From the NCBI RefSeq assembly GCF_009914755.1, contig NC_060947.1: DNA of 64,000 nucleotides. One strand, 5' to 3'. Shown here piece by piece: positions 13,285 to 26,337 of the stretch. The DNA is from the human T2T-CHM13v2.0 reference genome, Homo sapiens. The translations under genes were made by a program, and so were the position numbers. The notes beneath the pieces are model-generated. The model had not been told where the DNA came from and made no database searches. It was given only the letters and a program-made list of their open reading frames with translations. How positions within the stretch are numbered: position 1 is the first letter of the stretch; every line of letters begins with the position of its first letter.

Positions 13285-15735
13285 TGAATAATAAAGGATG
13301 ACAGGGACCAGATTTGCCTTTCCTCCTGAAACAACAACCATAAAAAACCCAAACAGAAAAAAAAATGTGCGAATCAATTGCTTTCAGGACACTAGATATC
13401 AAACAACGAGGGAAAGTGACAACAGAGAGAAGGGGAAACAAATAAACTGAGCACTGTGCTTGCTCCAAATTGTTTCTTTGAGTTTCCAGGCTGCAATGCA
13501 GAATAAAATAATTCAGGTGGAGAATCCTTAGCATCCCTGACATAAGGTAAGGGAGCTGAAAGTCCAGGGAGAACAAGGGGGCTAGAATTCACAGTACAGG
13601 GTACCACAGAGGAGAAAGCTGCACAGACAGAACAATAGAGATATGCAAAGAATGCCCCTCTAGTGTGTGGCTGAGAACTGAAAAGCACATATGTATGTGG
13701 AAATCACCTGAGGCCAGGAGAAAAAGTATCATCCAAAAGGATTAGAGGAGAGTGGCCTATGTTCACACAGGACCAGAAATAGCACCTTTCCTCACCGGTA
13801 AGACTGGAAAAACACACAATTTATGTGGCAGTGGGTATGGTATTCAGGAAGACCTTGCCTCAGTAGAAGAGAATAATTAGCCTCATTCTGAGAACTGTTC
13901 TGGTCTTGCCTAACAAATACCCAAAAAGATCGAACTGATTCCTAGTATTTGAACTGCATCCCAAGAAAAAACTAAAGAATATTTACTATAATACAAAAAT
14001 ATTCAACATCTATTGAAGTAAAAATCACAATGTCTGATGTTCAAAGATGAACAGACATTCAAAGAAATTGGAAAACATATCCATAATGAAGTAAATAGTC
14101 AATTACAACTGACTCAGAACTGACACAAATGTTAGATTTGGCAGATAAAACATTAAACAGTTACTGTAACTATATTCCATATGCTGAGAACATTAAGACT
14201 TGTAAAAACATCTAGAGGTGAAAACTTTAATATGCCTAATGAAAATGTACTTAAAGTGATTGACAATAAATTAGAAATTACAGAAGATAGGATTATGTTA
14301 TGGCAATATAGTGGTAGAAACTATTCAAAATTAAACACACAGGAAAAAAATAACCCAATAAAATTAAAAGAGCAACCAAAAACTGTGGGACTACTTCAAG
14401 TGACCTAGCATATTTGTAATTAGACTCATTAAAAGCAATAGTGGTGACAAAATATAGATGAAGAATTAATGGTCAAAAATTTCCTCAGTTTATGAAAATG
14501 ATCATTCTGAAGAAGTTCAACAAACCTTAAGCACAGAAAACATGAATAAATCTATACCAAGTCACATCATAATCAAATTGATCTATGCCAATGATAAATA
14601 TAAAAATTTAAAAGTATCCAGAAACTTTGTGAAATGCTGTTAAAACAGCACTAGTGAGAAATTTAGAGAACTAAATGCCTTATATTAGAGAATAAAAATG
14701 TTCTTGTCGTCCACATTAAAAATAACCATATAAGGAAGAACAAATTGTATACAAAGTAAGCATAAAATGGAAATAAATTTTAATAGAGGACTCAATAAAA
14801 TAAAATACAGAAAAACAATATAATCCAAATACTGTTTTTTTGAGAGGATTAATCAAATTTAAAAACCTCTAGCCAAACAGATTAGGAAGGAAAAGAAAGA
14901 AGACACAATTTGTCAATATCAGAAATGAGGGAGGTAACATCACTACATATGCTAAAAATATATTTTTTAAATGATAATAAGTGAATATTATGAACAAATT
15001 TATGCCTATGAATTCAACAACTTAGCTGAAATGGACATAGTCTTTGAAAGCCATCAACCGTCAAAGCTCAGTCAAGAGAAAATATACAACCCAAATAGCC
15101 CTATTTATATTAAAGGTATTGAATTTTTAATTAAAAAATTTTCAATAAATAAATCTCAATGCCAAAGTGGCTTTCACTGGTGAATTGTACCAAACATTTA
15201 CAGAAGAAATAATATGACTACTACATGAACACACTGTAATCCCAAACATTAAGGAAGTGAAATACTTTCCACTCATTTGATGAACTGAACACTATCTTAA
15301 TATAAAAAATACACGGAAACAATATATGATAAAAATACTACAGACAAATATGCCCTATAATTACAAATACAAAACCAAAAGAGATGAATAAATTTTAGCA
15401 ATCTGGATCCAACTGAATCACATAAAATGGTAATAGATCATGATCAAGTAAAGTATATCTCAGGAATGCATGATTGGTATAGCATTAGAAAATCAATGTA
15501 ATTCACAATATTAACAAAGTAAAATAGAAAACTATCTGATCACTTCAGTAGATATAGACAAAGAATTTGACAAAATCCAGTACCCATTCATAGCAAAACA
15601 ACAACAACAACAACAACAACAAAAACCTCCCAGCAAAAACTAGGCATAGATAGAAATTTTCTCAAGTTGATAAAAAGCATACAGAAACATACAACTGTCA
15701 TCATTCTTAATAGTGAAATACAGTTTTATTTTTCA
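13285..15735 (+). mobile_element. Old L1M (L1MC/MD-like): 5' region with degraded ORF1 and ORF2 segments and internal deletions
   Basis: 5'-end-like 'gacagggaccagatttgcctttcctcctgaaacaac'; ORF1 relics ('ccaagtcacatcataatcaaattg'); ORF2 relics 'EYYEQIYAYEFNNLAEMD', 'ggctttcactggtgaattgtaccaaacattta'; (CAA)n at 15596-15622. Confidence 0.8.
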
Positions 15736-15749
15736 GAAACAAGACAGAG

Positions 15750-16770
15750 AGTGGTGTCAGTAAGCTGGCAGAGTAGGTCCCCACTTATATCCACCCCCCG
15801 CAACAATACTTTTACATCTATCCAAGGACAAAATTGCCTTTGTGCAGTCTTTGGGTTTTAGGTAGGAAATTGTGAACCACTGGTCGAAAAGATCTAGGAG
15901 ACCTGTTTTGAGAGGGCAAACCTGTGCCCAGGTGGCAGGCTCACTGACTTTGGTCCTGACTGCAGACCAAGAAATGATCCCATCCCCTCTGTGGAATTGA
16001 CCACAGTCCTGTTTGGACTTGGCCCTGCAAACAGAACCATCTACCAAAGAAGCCAGGGGGAGTCATGCCCTTTTGCACCTCTGGTGACAAGTCTGCCAAT
16101 CTTGATCCCAGCTGTTAACTCTGAAATGGTTCTGTAACTCAGCTTTAGCCCTTCTCAGCTGCAATCTGAGAGCAGTCCTATGCATACAAGTACCCAGAGG
16201 CAGACATACCCATCTGTGTTCCTGGAATAGACTTGCAGACCTCATTCCATCAGTGGCCCTGTAACTAAGCTCCAGTCATTCTCAGCTATAACCTTAGAGA
16301 AGTCCTGCTTGACCAGGGACCCAGAGAGATATATGCCCATCCAGATCCCTGAATGCAGGCCTGTGTACCTACATTTTGACTGTGGACTCTGAAGCATCTC
16401 TGTAACTTGGTTCCAGTACTCCTCAACTGTAGTCCAGGGCCATCACTGCCTGTCTAGGCACAACCCAGTGACCCAGCAGGAGCCCACTAATAGAACCAGA
16501 AGCCACACACACACTTGTATCTGATAACAGCTCTGTTATTTGTGGACACTGAAGTAAACTTTTATCCTAGCACCAGTTTTAATAAACAAGGTCCTAAAGG
16601 CAGTCTAGTTTACCTAGGGAACATACAGGATCCACATCCACTTTAGTCTCCCATTACAGGCTGACACCACTGTGGATCCAGCAGCAGCCACTTGACCCAG
16701 ATCCAACTCCAGTTGGCTGCAGTTTCAGAGCCAATCCCATTAGCCTGGGGATCCAAAAGGAGAAAGTCTT
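15750..16770 (+). mobile_element. GC-richer segment, probably an L1M 5'UTR with degenerate ~130-140-bp tandem monomers
   Basis: Begins 'gtgtcagtaagctggcagagtaggtccccac' (L1 5'-end-like); 'ctgtaact' recurs at 16132, 16259 and 16400 with shared flanks. Confidence 0.6.
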
Positions 16771-17464
16771 TAGTTTATAAAGCAGATATATTTTTCTGCT
16801 TTTTTTTTCAATGGAGGTCTTCCCAAGCATCTAGAAATTGAATTGAAATTCTATTAAATTTTTTGAAATGATTTGAATTTTATTAGGCTAAACTTGTCTT
16901 TAGTCAAATAGCATATCATGGAGCTAAGACTTGAACACAGCTCTGTCTTATGTAGGTCCCAACCTCCTAATATATATGTTGCACTTATTTTACTAAATAG
17001 AATAATAATGTGGGAAGAGTTTGAACATTCAGTAAAGCATAAAGGTAACTAGTTTAGAATATTTTTGGAAAAAGACAGATGAGCATTGGACTTAACATCA
17101 CTGATCTTTCTACTAGATCTACCCTGTCCCAACTCTGAACCTCATCTTCCTAACTACGTTGAAAATTCACAACACCCTGCTTTTCCTCACTCTCTGTGGG
17201 TGACGCCAACTGCCTAGTCAGGCCCAGTGAAAGAATTTAGATGCCTTGATTGCCAGTGTAGAATTCACTGGTCATTTTTGTTCTTCTCAGTGGGAGCCTC
17301 TGACTGCCGCTGTTTCCAGTTGGCGATCTTGGCCCCTGCCCCACTTTATTCTCTTTTATTATTTTTTTCTTTTGGTGCCTACTTACTGTGTATTTTCAAA
17401 TAACCAGCCTTCAAGATTACCAATCTTTTCTTCTACTTAATAAATTCTGCTGTTAAAAGGCTTT

Positions 17465-19914
17465 GATATATTTTTCAGTATGCCAGTTACACTTTTCAGC
17501 TCCAGCATTTCTGCTTGATTGTTTAAAATTATTTTATTTTATTTATTTATTATTATTATTATTATACTTTAAGTTTTAGGGTACATATGTACAATGTGCA
17601 GGTTGGTTACATATGTATACATGTGCCATGCTGGTGTGCTGCACCCATTAACTCGTCATTTAGCGTTAGGTATATCTCCTAATGCTATCCCTCCCCCCTC
17701 CCCCTATTTTAATCTGTTAAATTAATCTGATAAAATTCTAGATTTCTACTCCGTGTTCTCTTGAATTTATCTGAGTTTCCTCAAAACAGCTATTTCAAAG
17801 TATCTGTCTGAAAGATCATATATCTCTGTTTCTCCAGGATTGGTTCCTAGTGCCTTATTTAGTTATTTTGTTGAGGTCATTGTTTCCTGTATCTTCTTGG
17901 TACTTGTAGATATTCATCTGTGTCTGGGGGTATTGAAGAGTTAAGTGTTTATTTTAGGTTTTGCGGTCTGGGCTTGTTTGTACCTCTCTTTCTTGGGAAG
18001 GCTTTCCAGGTATTTGAAAGGACTTGGGTGTTGTGATTTAAGCTGTATCTGCTATAGCAGACACCTCACTCCAGTATCCTGTGGTTCTTGCAGACTCATA
18101 GAAGGATAGCTTTGATGGTTTTGGGCAAGATTCAAAAGAATTCTCTGAATTACCAGGCAGAAACTCTTGTTCTCTTCTCTTACTTTCTTTCACAAAATGG
18201 AGTCTCTATCTCTGTTCTGAGCCACCTGGAGCTAAAGATGGAGTGACGCAAGCACCCCTGTGGCCACTAACCCTAGGACAGTGCTGGGTCAGACCTGAAG
18301 TTACCACAGCACTGAGTCTCCCAGAAGGTCTGCTGTAATCACACTCTCTGGCTATGACTATCTTCACTCAAAGCCCTGGGGCTCTAAAATCAGTGGGTGG
18401 CAAAGCCAGCCAGGCCCATGTCCTTCTCTTTAGGGCAGTAACTTCCCCCAACCCTTAACGGGTAGAGAGGTGTCATCTGGGGACCAGGGACTAGAGTAAA
18501 AAACTTCAGAAGTCTACCTGCTGTTCTACTGTACTGTGGCTGAGCTGGCACTCTCTACACTTTATTCTCCTTTCCAAAGGCAGAGGAGTCTCTTCCCATT
18601 GCCACCACCACCTCAACACATGTGGAGTACTGATAGACTACTGACAATGTTCCCTTAAGGTCCGAGAGCTCTTCAGTCAGCTTGTGGGGTATGCTGCCTG
18701 GCCTGGGACTCACTGTTCATGGCATTGAGTTTCCCTCTGGCTTAGGGCAGGTCTAGAAATGCCATCCAAGAGTCAAGTCCTGGAACTAGGGACCCTAAGA
18801 GCCCACTTTGTGCTCTACCTCCCTGTAGCCAACCTTGAACCTAAGTTGCAAGACACACTCTCCAATACTTTTTTCTTCACTTTTATCGACCAGAAAGAGA
18901 CTTGTCCTGTAGCCGCCACAGCTGGGAATGTGATGAGTCTCACCTGAAGCCATCAAGTTTCAGGTTTATGCAAGGCCCTCAATGTAGTACCTGGGCATTG
19001 CTGCCAGTTATTCAGGGCACAAGGTTTTTTCAGTTAGCAGGTGATAAATTCTCCCAGGACTGTTTTCTTCCCTTTAAGGCAGTCAGTGGGTTCCCTTTTG
19101 GCCAAGGTTAGGTCTAGAAATGTCCTAGAGCTAGGACCTGAAAATGGGGCCTTAGATTTCTGACTGGAACCCTATCCTGCTGTGGCTTAGCTGGTATCCA
19201 AGATGCTAGACAAAGTCCTCCCCACTTTGCCATCTTCTCTCTTTAAACCAAAGGACAGTGTCTCTTTTGGAGTCTTGAGCTGTGCAGCCTGAGTTTAGAG
19301 GAAGGGTGATGCCAGCACTCCCTTAGCTGCCCCTGCTGATGTCTAAGTAGCTCGCATCCCCCACCACCAACATTCACTGTCTGTGGGCCCAGTTCAGCCC
19401 TAGGATACACCTAGGTGTTGCAGTCCTCGTGGTTTAGATTGGGTTTCAAGTTTATTTGGGGCCTCAGAGGATTTTAGTCAGCAGTGGCTAGGCTTGTGAG
19501 AACTGCTGGGATTGGCAATTTCCCTCTGGCTAGGGCTGATTTAAATGCTCCCTCTGTGGGTGGGCATTACCTGTGTTTGATCCAGTTTTGCTTTCTGCTA
19601 TAACAAGGGCAGTGCTCAACTAGAGGCCTCACAATTGCTGGCTATTACTCCCTTAACACACAGTAATGCTTTCTGTACCAGGCTGCCTCTGCTGGTAGAC
19701 AGGAGAGGGGTGGCATCAGTGATTTAAGACTGTTTTTCCTATCTCTTCAGTGCCTCTCTCAGTGATATAAAGTTAAAACTAGATACCGTGAGTACTCACC
19801 TGATTTTTGGTTCTTATGAAGGCAGTTTTTGTGTGTATAGATAGTTGTTAAATTGGGGTCCTTGCTGAAGGGATGATCAGTGGGGCCTTCTATTCTGCCA
19901 TCTTGCTCCGCCCC
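17465..19914 (-). mobile_element. LINE-1 5'UTR and ORF1 start (L1MA1-3/L1PBa type), 3'-truncated
   Basis: Ends 'ggggccttctattctgccatcttgctccgcccc' (reverse: GGGGCGGAGCAAGATGGCAGAATAG, YY1 motif); colinear with copies at 42.2-44.4 kb and 62.1-64 kb. Confidence 0.85.
17535..17704 (-). mobile_element. Very short L1PA 3'-end insertion (~140 bp plus tail) nested in an older L1
   Basis: '(tta)n tactttaagttttagggtacat..gtgcaggtt..catgctggtgtgctgcacccattaactcgtcatttagc..ccctcccccctccccc'; short TSD about tatttta. Confidence 0.9.
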
Positions 19915-19919
19915 AAAAA

Positions 19920-20612
19920 CTCATTATAGATCTTATTTTTTTTACATGACTGGTAATTTTTGATGCCAGATATTACTATTTTAGATTGTTTGATGCTTGA
20001 TATTTTTGTATTTCTAGACGTTTGTTCTGTGATGCAGTTAAGTCACTTGAAAACAATTTGATCCTTTTGTTTGGTGCATCTAAAGCACTTTGCAGTCTAG
20101 GGTTAATTATTTCCCATTACTGAGGTGAAATCCTTCTGTTTGCTCTACCCAATGTCTTGTAGATATTCAGGTTTAGCTGGCAGCAAGAGTCACTGTCGTG
20201 GGGCCTATGTGAATGCAGAGAATTCTAATCCTCTGGAAATTGTTTCTAATGTCTTGGATAGTTTCCTCACAGTCACACACTCATTTGAACACGTGAGGGC
20301 AGCTGTCTCTTCTCTAGAACTGTATTCTGTAAACACTGGTCACCTTAATTTACCTGGATTCTCAGATCTTTCTTCTCAACTCAGGGAATTCACTGAATTC
20401 TATATGAGCTCCCTCTACTTGTGGTTGGGAAACTGTCCCAAGGAAGTAAGCTAAAACAATCTTATTTGTTTGCACTCTCTCAAGGTTTACTGTCTTTGAT
20501 TGCCAGATATTCAACATCTAAAAATTTCTTGTTGCATATATTTTGTCTTTATTTGTTGGTTCGTATGGGAGGAGAAATATGGTTCTATTATTTCAATGTA
20601 TTTGGAAGCAAA
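19920..20612 (-). mobile_element. Old L1M (L1MC/ME-like) 5'-region fragment
   Basis: 'catgactggtaatttttgatgccaga', 'gcagttaagtcacttgaaaacaatttgatcc', ending in a 'tggaagcaaatgtc'-like terminus. Confidence 0.55.
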
Positions 20613-21624
20613 TGTCTTGTGGACAGGTTAAAAGTAATGAGCAATAAAAAAGTCTTTGGCATCTGGGAATGTCAGAGCTCATTCAATAATTTGCCCTTTA
20701 AAGGTGGAATTTGATTACAGAGTCAAAAGTCTATATATTCACTGAACATCATTTTACTATTTTGTAAACAGATTTCATGTTGTTAGTATAGCCAATCCAC
20801 CGTAGATATTAAATTTATAGACATTCCTTAATGCAACTTCAATAAAGGTTAGGTTTTAAACTTCAGGGGTTTTCAAAGCAACAAAGCATTCCAGAAAATG
20901 TTTGCTGCTTTTTACCATCCATCTTTTTCACACAATATTATTCATTCACAGGGTGGGAGAGTTTACCATTATTTCCTTTGACATCTGGTCACATAATTTA
21001 GGTCTACAAATAGAAATCAAAATTCAGAATTGAGTCTGTTATCTAAATTATTCTGCCTCCAGTTCCTCTGTACCCTCAAACCTAAATGGAATCTAAAATG
21101 TATGTGTGACATATTCATAAATATAAAAGCAGAATATTTGAGAGGCTTTCAACAAAATAGTTAAAATTATTGCCTTATAATTTCTAGCTTTATTCCTCAA
21201 TGTATGGTACTGTTTCAGGTGTTGTGAGAATATTAAAAATAGCTTATGAGGGAAAAATATATATAAAGAGAAATACTACATGTTTACTGCTGAAGAAATG
21301 TTGATTAAGGAATCTCTTGAGTATGCTAAGAATTGGGCAAAGAATGAAATCAGTGAAGTAGAGTTTCATATAGGGTTGATTATTATAATTTTTTTCTTAA
21401 CCAAATTGTTGCAAATTGATTTAGAAAAATAGAGAGCATTCCAGACATTGGCAATAACATGAATGAAGGCATGGTGGCAGGAGGGAACAAGATGTATTAA
21501 TAAGAAGGGTGATTTGGCTGAAGAAAGAAAGAAATTAGAAATAAATTTTTGAAAAATATGTGAATTCGAAAACAAATCTATGGAGAATTTTGTATTTAGT
21601 CTAAAGGCTTAAGCATACATAACT

Positions 21625-22270
21625 TTCATTTCCAGAAAGTAAAGTGAAGTAGATAAACTTACCAATTCTTACTCTGAAAACAATAAACACAGAAACCTGG
21701 ATTAAAAATTACATATAATAGCCTTCTGGTTTGGAACAAGATGGCATAGATTTATTTCTTCCAGCTTCTCTTCACTTAGTACAAGTAAAAAGCCTAAAGA
21801 TAACATAATAGACAGTCGTAGAATAACCTGAATGATGAAAACGGGAAGCAGACTGCCTGGGGGACCCCAGGGCTTGAGTGAAAGCACGGCAACTCAGTGT
21901 CTCCTGATCACCTTCTCAGAGCCAGAAGCAAAATCAGACCCAAAGTCTCCCAACCCTCCAAGAGACAGGAAGCATAGCAGGCCCAGTGTCTTCATACAGC
22001 GGTACCCCTACTGGCACTGAACAGCCTAAAAAAGCAGGACCTTGGAAACTCTCCCTTTTTTTATTTAGTTCCAGCTACTCCCAACCTCTACCTTGCAGCA
22101 CCCAGTGGCCTAGAGTAGCACAGTCCGCCCCTGCAATCAACACCAGGAGAAATCAATAGGGAACTTCACCAGTAAAGGGTGGGTGGGTGGAGCTGACTGA
22201 CAACATGTTCTATGTGTTTTATCAGGCCCCGCTGTCTCCTGGTCCCACTTAGGGACACCAGGCCTAGGAA
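21625..22270 (+). mobile_element. Old L1M 5'-end-like fragments
   Basis: 'cttctggtttggaacaagatggcatag' (L1 5' YY1-like start), followed by GC-richer UTR-like sequence. Confidence 0.5.
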
Positions 22271-22273
22271 AGC

Positions 22274-22505
22274 ACATTTAAAGAAGAATTAACACCATCT
22301 TTTACACAATCTCTTTCAGGAAAGAAAAGAGGATGGGAGACTTTCTAACTCATTTTATGAGATCCCTTACCAAAATAAGACACTTACAATTCCCTTACCA
22401 AAATAAGACACTAGCAATACAAAAAAATAAAAATAAAATAAAAAATAAAACTTCAGTCTCTCTCATGAGCATAGACTCAAAATACCTCAACAAAATATTA
22501 ACCAA
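22274..22505 (+). mobile_element. L1M ORF2 fragment, inverted relative to its neighbour
   Basis: 'atttaaagaagaattaacacca..ctaactcattttatgag..ctcatgagcatagac..aaaatacctcaacaaaatatta'. Confidence 0.75.
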
Positions 22506-23010
22506 GTATTGTGTAAAAGTGGTGTGAAATATTCTTTAAATGTTTGGTACAATTCTCCAGTGAAACCATCTGGGCCTAGAGAAATATTTCTTGAAAGCTT
22601 TTTAACTACACATGTAATTACTTTAAAGGTAGTGGGGCTATTCAGATTATTCATTTGTCTTGTTGAATTTGTTAGCTTGCAGTGTTGAGGAACTGGCTCA
22701 TTTCTTCTAAATTGTTAAATTTATGAGCCTAAAGGTGCTCATAGTATTGCCTTATTATCCTTTTAATGGCTGCAGGATTTGTAGTGATATCTACTGTTTT
22801 ATTCCTGGTATTGCTAGATTGTGCTTTCCCAGTTTTTTTCAATCTTGTTAAAAAGTTTATCAATAATATTGTTATTTAAGTAAAACCAGATTTCTTTGTT
22901 GTTTCCTCTGTCAATCTTCTATTTTTAATTTAATTGATTTCTGCACTTATCTTTATTATTTCCATCTTTCTGCATGCTTAAGTCTACTTTGCTTTTTCTA
23001 TTTTTTGGTA
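22506..23010 (-). mobile_element. L1M ORF2 fragment
   Basis: 'aaatgtttggtacaattctccagtgaaaccatctgggcc' is the reverse of the GPDGFTGE.YQTFK motif. Confidence 0.8.
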
Positions 23011-23096
23011 GTGGCTGAGATAAATGTGATGCAGGGTCTCAAATTAAAAAATCTCAGCCACTACCAAAAAAAAGAAAAAGCAAAGTAGACTTAAGC
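22976..23096. repeat. Near-perfect inverted repeat: 46-bp arms, 29-bp loop
   Basis: gcttaagtctactttgctttttctattttttggtagtggctgagat (22976-23021) pairs with atctcagccactaccaaaaaaaagaaaaagcaaagtagacttaagc (23051-23096); 45/46 complementary. Confidence 0.95.
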
Positions 23097-23654
23097 CATA
23101 ATATAACATGTTTTAAAATCCAGAAGTCAGTAAAACGAAAAAAAAAGTTGATGTTTTCAACAGTAGTGAAATGAGGTGTGCAGTATAATCTGAATGATCT
23201 GAACAAATACTCTGACAAAGAGATCAATTATATCTTATTTTCCCGAAATCTGCTGTAAAAGTGAATGTTTGAGTTATCTTGATTTATTTAAATTCTCCAC
23301 CATATATCTATAGCATTGATAACTTTGAAGACTTAAAATAATTCAAAGACATATTATTTAAACATAATATGTAATGAGAAAAAGAAAAAACTGAGACAAG
23401 TAAATAGAGAAGACAAAAGAATACCCCATGGTGTTTGCACCAAAAATAGTAGAGAAGATTATAAGGCCAAACAAATGATCAGAAATGCAAAACTTAACAA
23501 GGCTAAGTAAGAATAGGACTGATAAGGAAATATAGGAGCACAAAACATAAGACAAAGATGAGATTCAGTTTATATAAGAAAACATTTGATGAAGATGATT
23601 TTTAAAAATTATAAGGACAAGGAAGACTTATTCAAGGATGAGGGTAAGACAGTG

Positions 23655-23880
23655 CAATCTAGTAGTTATTAATGCTTGCCAGGACTAGACTCGTGATTCA
23701 CCACTTATTAGATGTGAGAAGTAGGGAAATTTACCTATCTTCTTTGAGCCTCAGTTTCCTTATCTCTAAAGTGGGAAATAATAGACTTTATAATTTTATA
23801 AGAATATTGTAAGGATTAAGTGAGGTAATGTGTAGTCATTTAACATAATGCTTACACATAGGAAACAAGGAATACTATAT
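23655..23880 (+). mobile_element. MIR
   Basis: Core 'ccacttattagatgtgag..ctttgagcctcagtttccttatctctaaagtggg..gtaaggattaagtgag'. Confidence 0.8.
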
Positions 23881-24094
23881 ATTATTATAAATCTGGTCAC
23901 ATCCTTATATGACTCAACATACATATTGAGCATCTATGAAATTATCTTTACAATTCTCTAAATTTTTTTCTTACTGTTTTAAAGATCCTTATCCAGTACT
24001 GTTCCAAAATTACTATATAAAGGATCTCATTTTCTGATGTTAATCTAATACCTTCTAATTTTCTTGTTCAATTTGTTCTACTATGGCCATTTCA

Positions 24095-24165
24095 TATGCA
24101 AAAAAATGGGGCTCAGGGAAACTAAGTGAGTGGTCTGAAGTCACACAGATGGTACATGGTGAAAC
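24095..24165 (-). mobile_element. MIR fragment
   Basis: 'ggctcagggaaactaagtgagtggtctgaagtcacacag'. Confidence 0.55.
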
Positions 24166-24311
24166 TGTGTAGGTAATTATTACTTGATGAGAAAATAAAT
24201 TCAAGAAAGCAGGGAATTAGAATTCCTCAAAACCTTACATGTTCAACTATGATCAGATAATCGGAAAAAGCAGCACATCTATAAAGGGGTAAAACGTCAA
24301 ACTTGATTCAT

Positions 24312-24314
<3 letters not shown>

Positions 24315-24342
<28 letters not shown>
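24315..24342. repeat. (TA)n microsatellite
   Basis: About 14 uninterrupted AT units. Confidence 0.95.
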
Positions 24343-24885
24343 TTCCTGTTACCTAGACAGCCCAAGTTCAGCAAGCCTGAATTTCTTTTGTTAGTGATTG
24401 TTGAGAAATGCCTTGACTATTGGTCAATTAAAAACTGTAAACCTATAAAAGGATATAAGGCATCTGTTAAGACTAGAAATGTGTTGGCTTTCTGAGTTAG
24501 TTCACGTAAAATTGTATGAGTTCAATGTATTTTCAGTTAGAGGATGTGGTATTATGACTGGTCCTATCAGTATTAACTGAGGAGTTATTTTTTCAAATTA
24601 CACATATGAAAGGATTCGAGCATGTAGCAATTTAAAATAAATCTTAGAATGCAACTTAGATGTGCAAAAGGACCAAATTTCTATAAGTGATATTATTTTT
24701 CAACTTGTACCTTTGATTTGCTCTGTGGCTTTATACTTAATCTTGTTAATTCAGGGTAAATAAAATCAGATAACTTAAGATTTTCTCGTGTATTTCAGGG
24801 TAAATCCATTATATTTGTGGTTTCCCTTACCTTTCCTCTAAATATACATTCTATTGGCCTAATTTCTTCAGACATTTCTCTTTTA

Positions 24886-25217
<332 letters not shown>

Positions 25218-26337
25218 TCATCTTGAGATTCAGAAACTTGTTCTTATAAGTTTCCGTCTCTCTTATGAACTTCAAATCCTATTTTGAAATCTATTTTGAG
25301 ATTCAAAAGCTGAGAATTGAATCTTTCCTTTCTCTTTGAATTTCTATCATTATAACTGTACCCTCAAGGTAGTGAGTATGGAATGATGTACATACAATGG
25401 CATGAATGGGATAGAGTAGAAATAGCAAAAAGTAACAACAAGCATATTGTCATATTTTACAAATTTATCAAATAAAATTAAAGTATCTGCCTCATGTCCT
25501 TTCAACCAACAATGTGTTCTAGAAATAAACTTGAACAAGAAGATCAGGCTTTTCCTGTACTCAGACCTAGCAGAGCACATTGGTCTGCTGCTAATGGTTT
25601 ACAGGTTTGTGGAGATATTGTACCCCTAAGTCCAGGGAGCTTCTGGCCATTAACAGCTACGCAAACATCTTATTTAAAAAAAAAAAAAAGATAGGGAGCA
25701 TCGTCCCAAACTATCTTCTTTTCTATTCCTCTGTTTAATCTTTTTTAATAAATAAATGTCTATAGCAGCAAGCCTAGTCAGACCAGAGTAAGATGGGGTA
25801 TGAAAAGTGTAAACCAATGAATAGGGAAGATAAACCAAGTTAAACTCAAACAGAAGAAAGGTGGTGCAGGTGAGGGTTGAAATCAGCCACAGTATCTCCA
25901 TTTCAGAGACAGGACTCTAAACTTTGAAATTCTTGGAAATAGCAACGGAATTTAGAGTACCAGGAAAGAAGTCAGGGGAGTAGTTCATCAGGCCCAGTTA
26001 TTAGAATTTGGGTGTGATCCGAGAGTAGGACCAACAGTAAGGTGAATGTTCCTGAGATACTAAATTACTGGACTAAAATTCTTCAGATTTTCTTGCTTTC
26101 ATAAAATGGTCCTAGATTCCAGAGCAGAGATGGATTTCAGCAAGATTTAGTATTAGGGAGCAAGGTACACTGTTATATGCTATGGGAACAAATCCAAACA
26201 AAAATTCCTAAATATTGAGAAAAAGTGGCTTTTCCTATCCTAGGGATCTGTGATTATGCATGACTTCCTAATTAGGAATCAAGTCGGGAAGGACTGAAGA
26301 CCCAGAGACTGTTACCTCTTACTAACGAGATCTCTGC

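Noticed and set aside
16050-16760. CRISPR-like array
   Set aside because: Eukaryotic context; whole units are homologous and diverged, with no constant repeat and unique spacer pattern and no cas genes.
26100-26160. CR1/L3 fragment ('ggatttcagcaag')
   Set aside because: Only a 13-bp match, and the flanks do not convincingly extend it.
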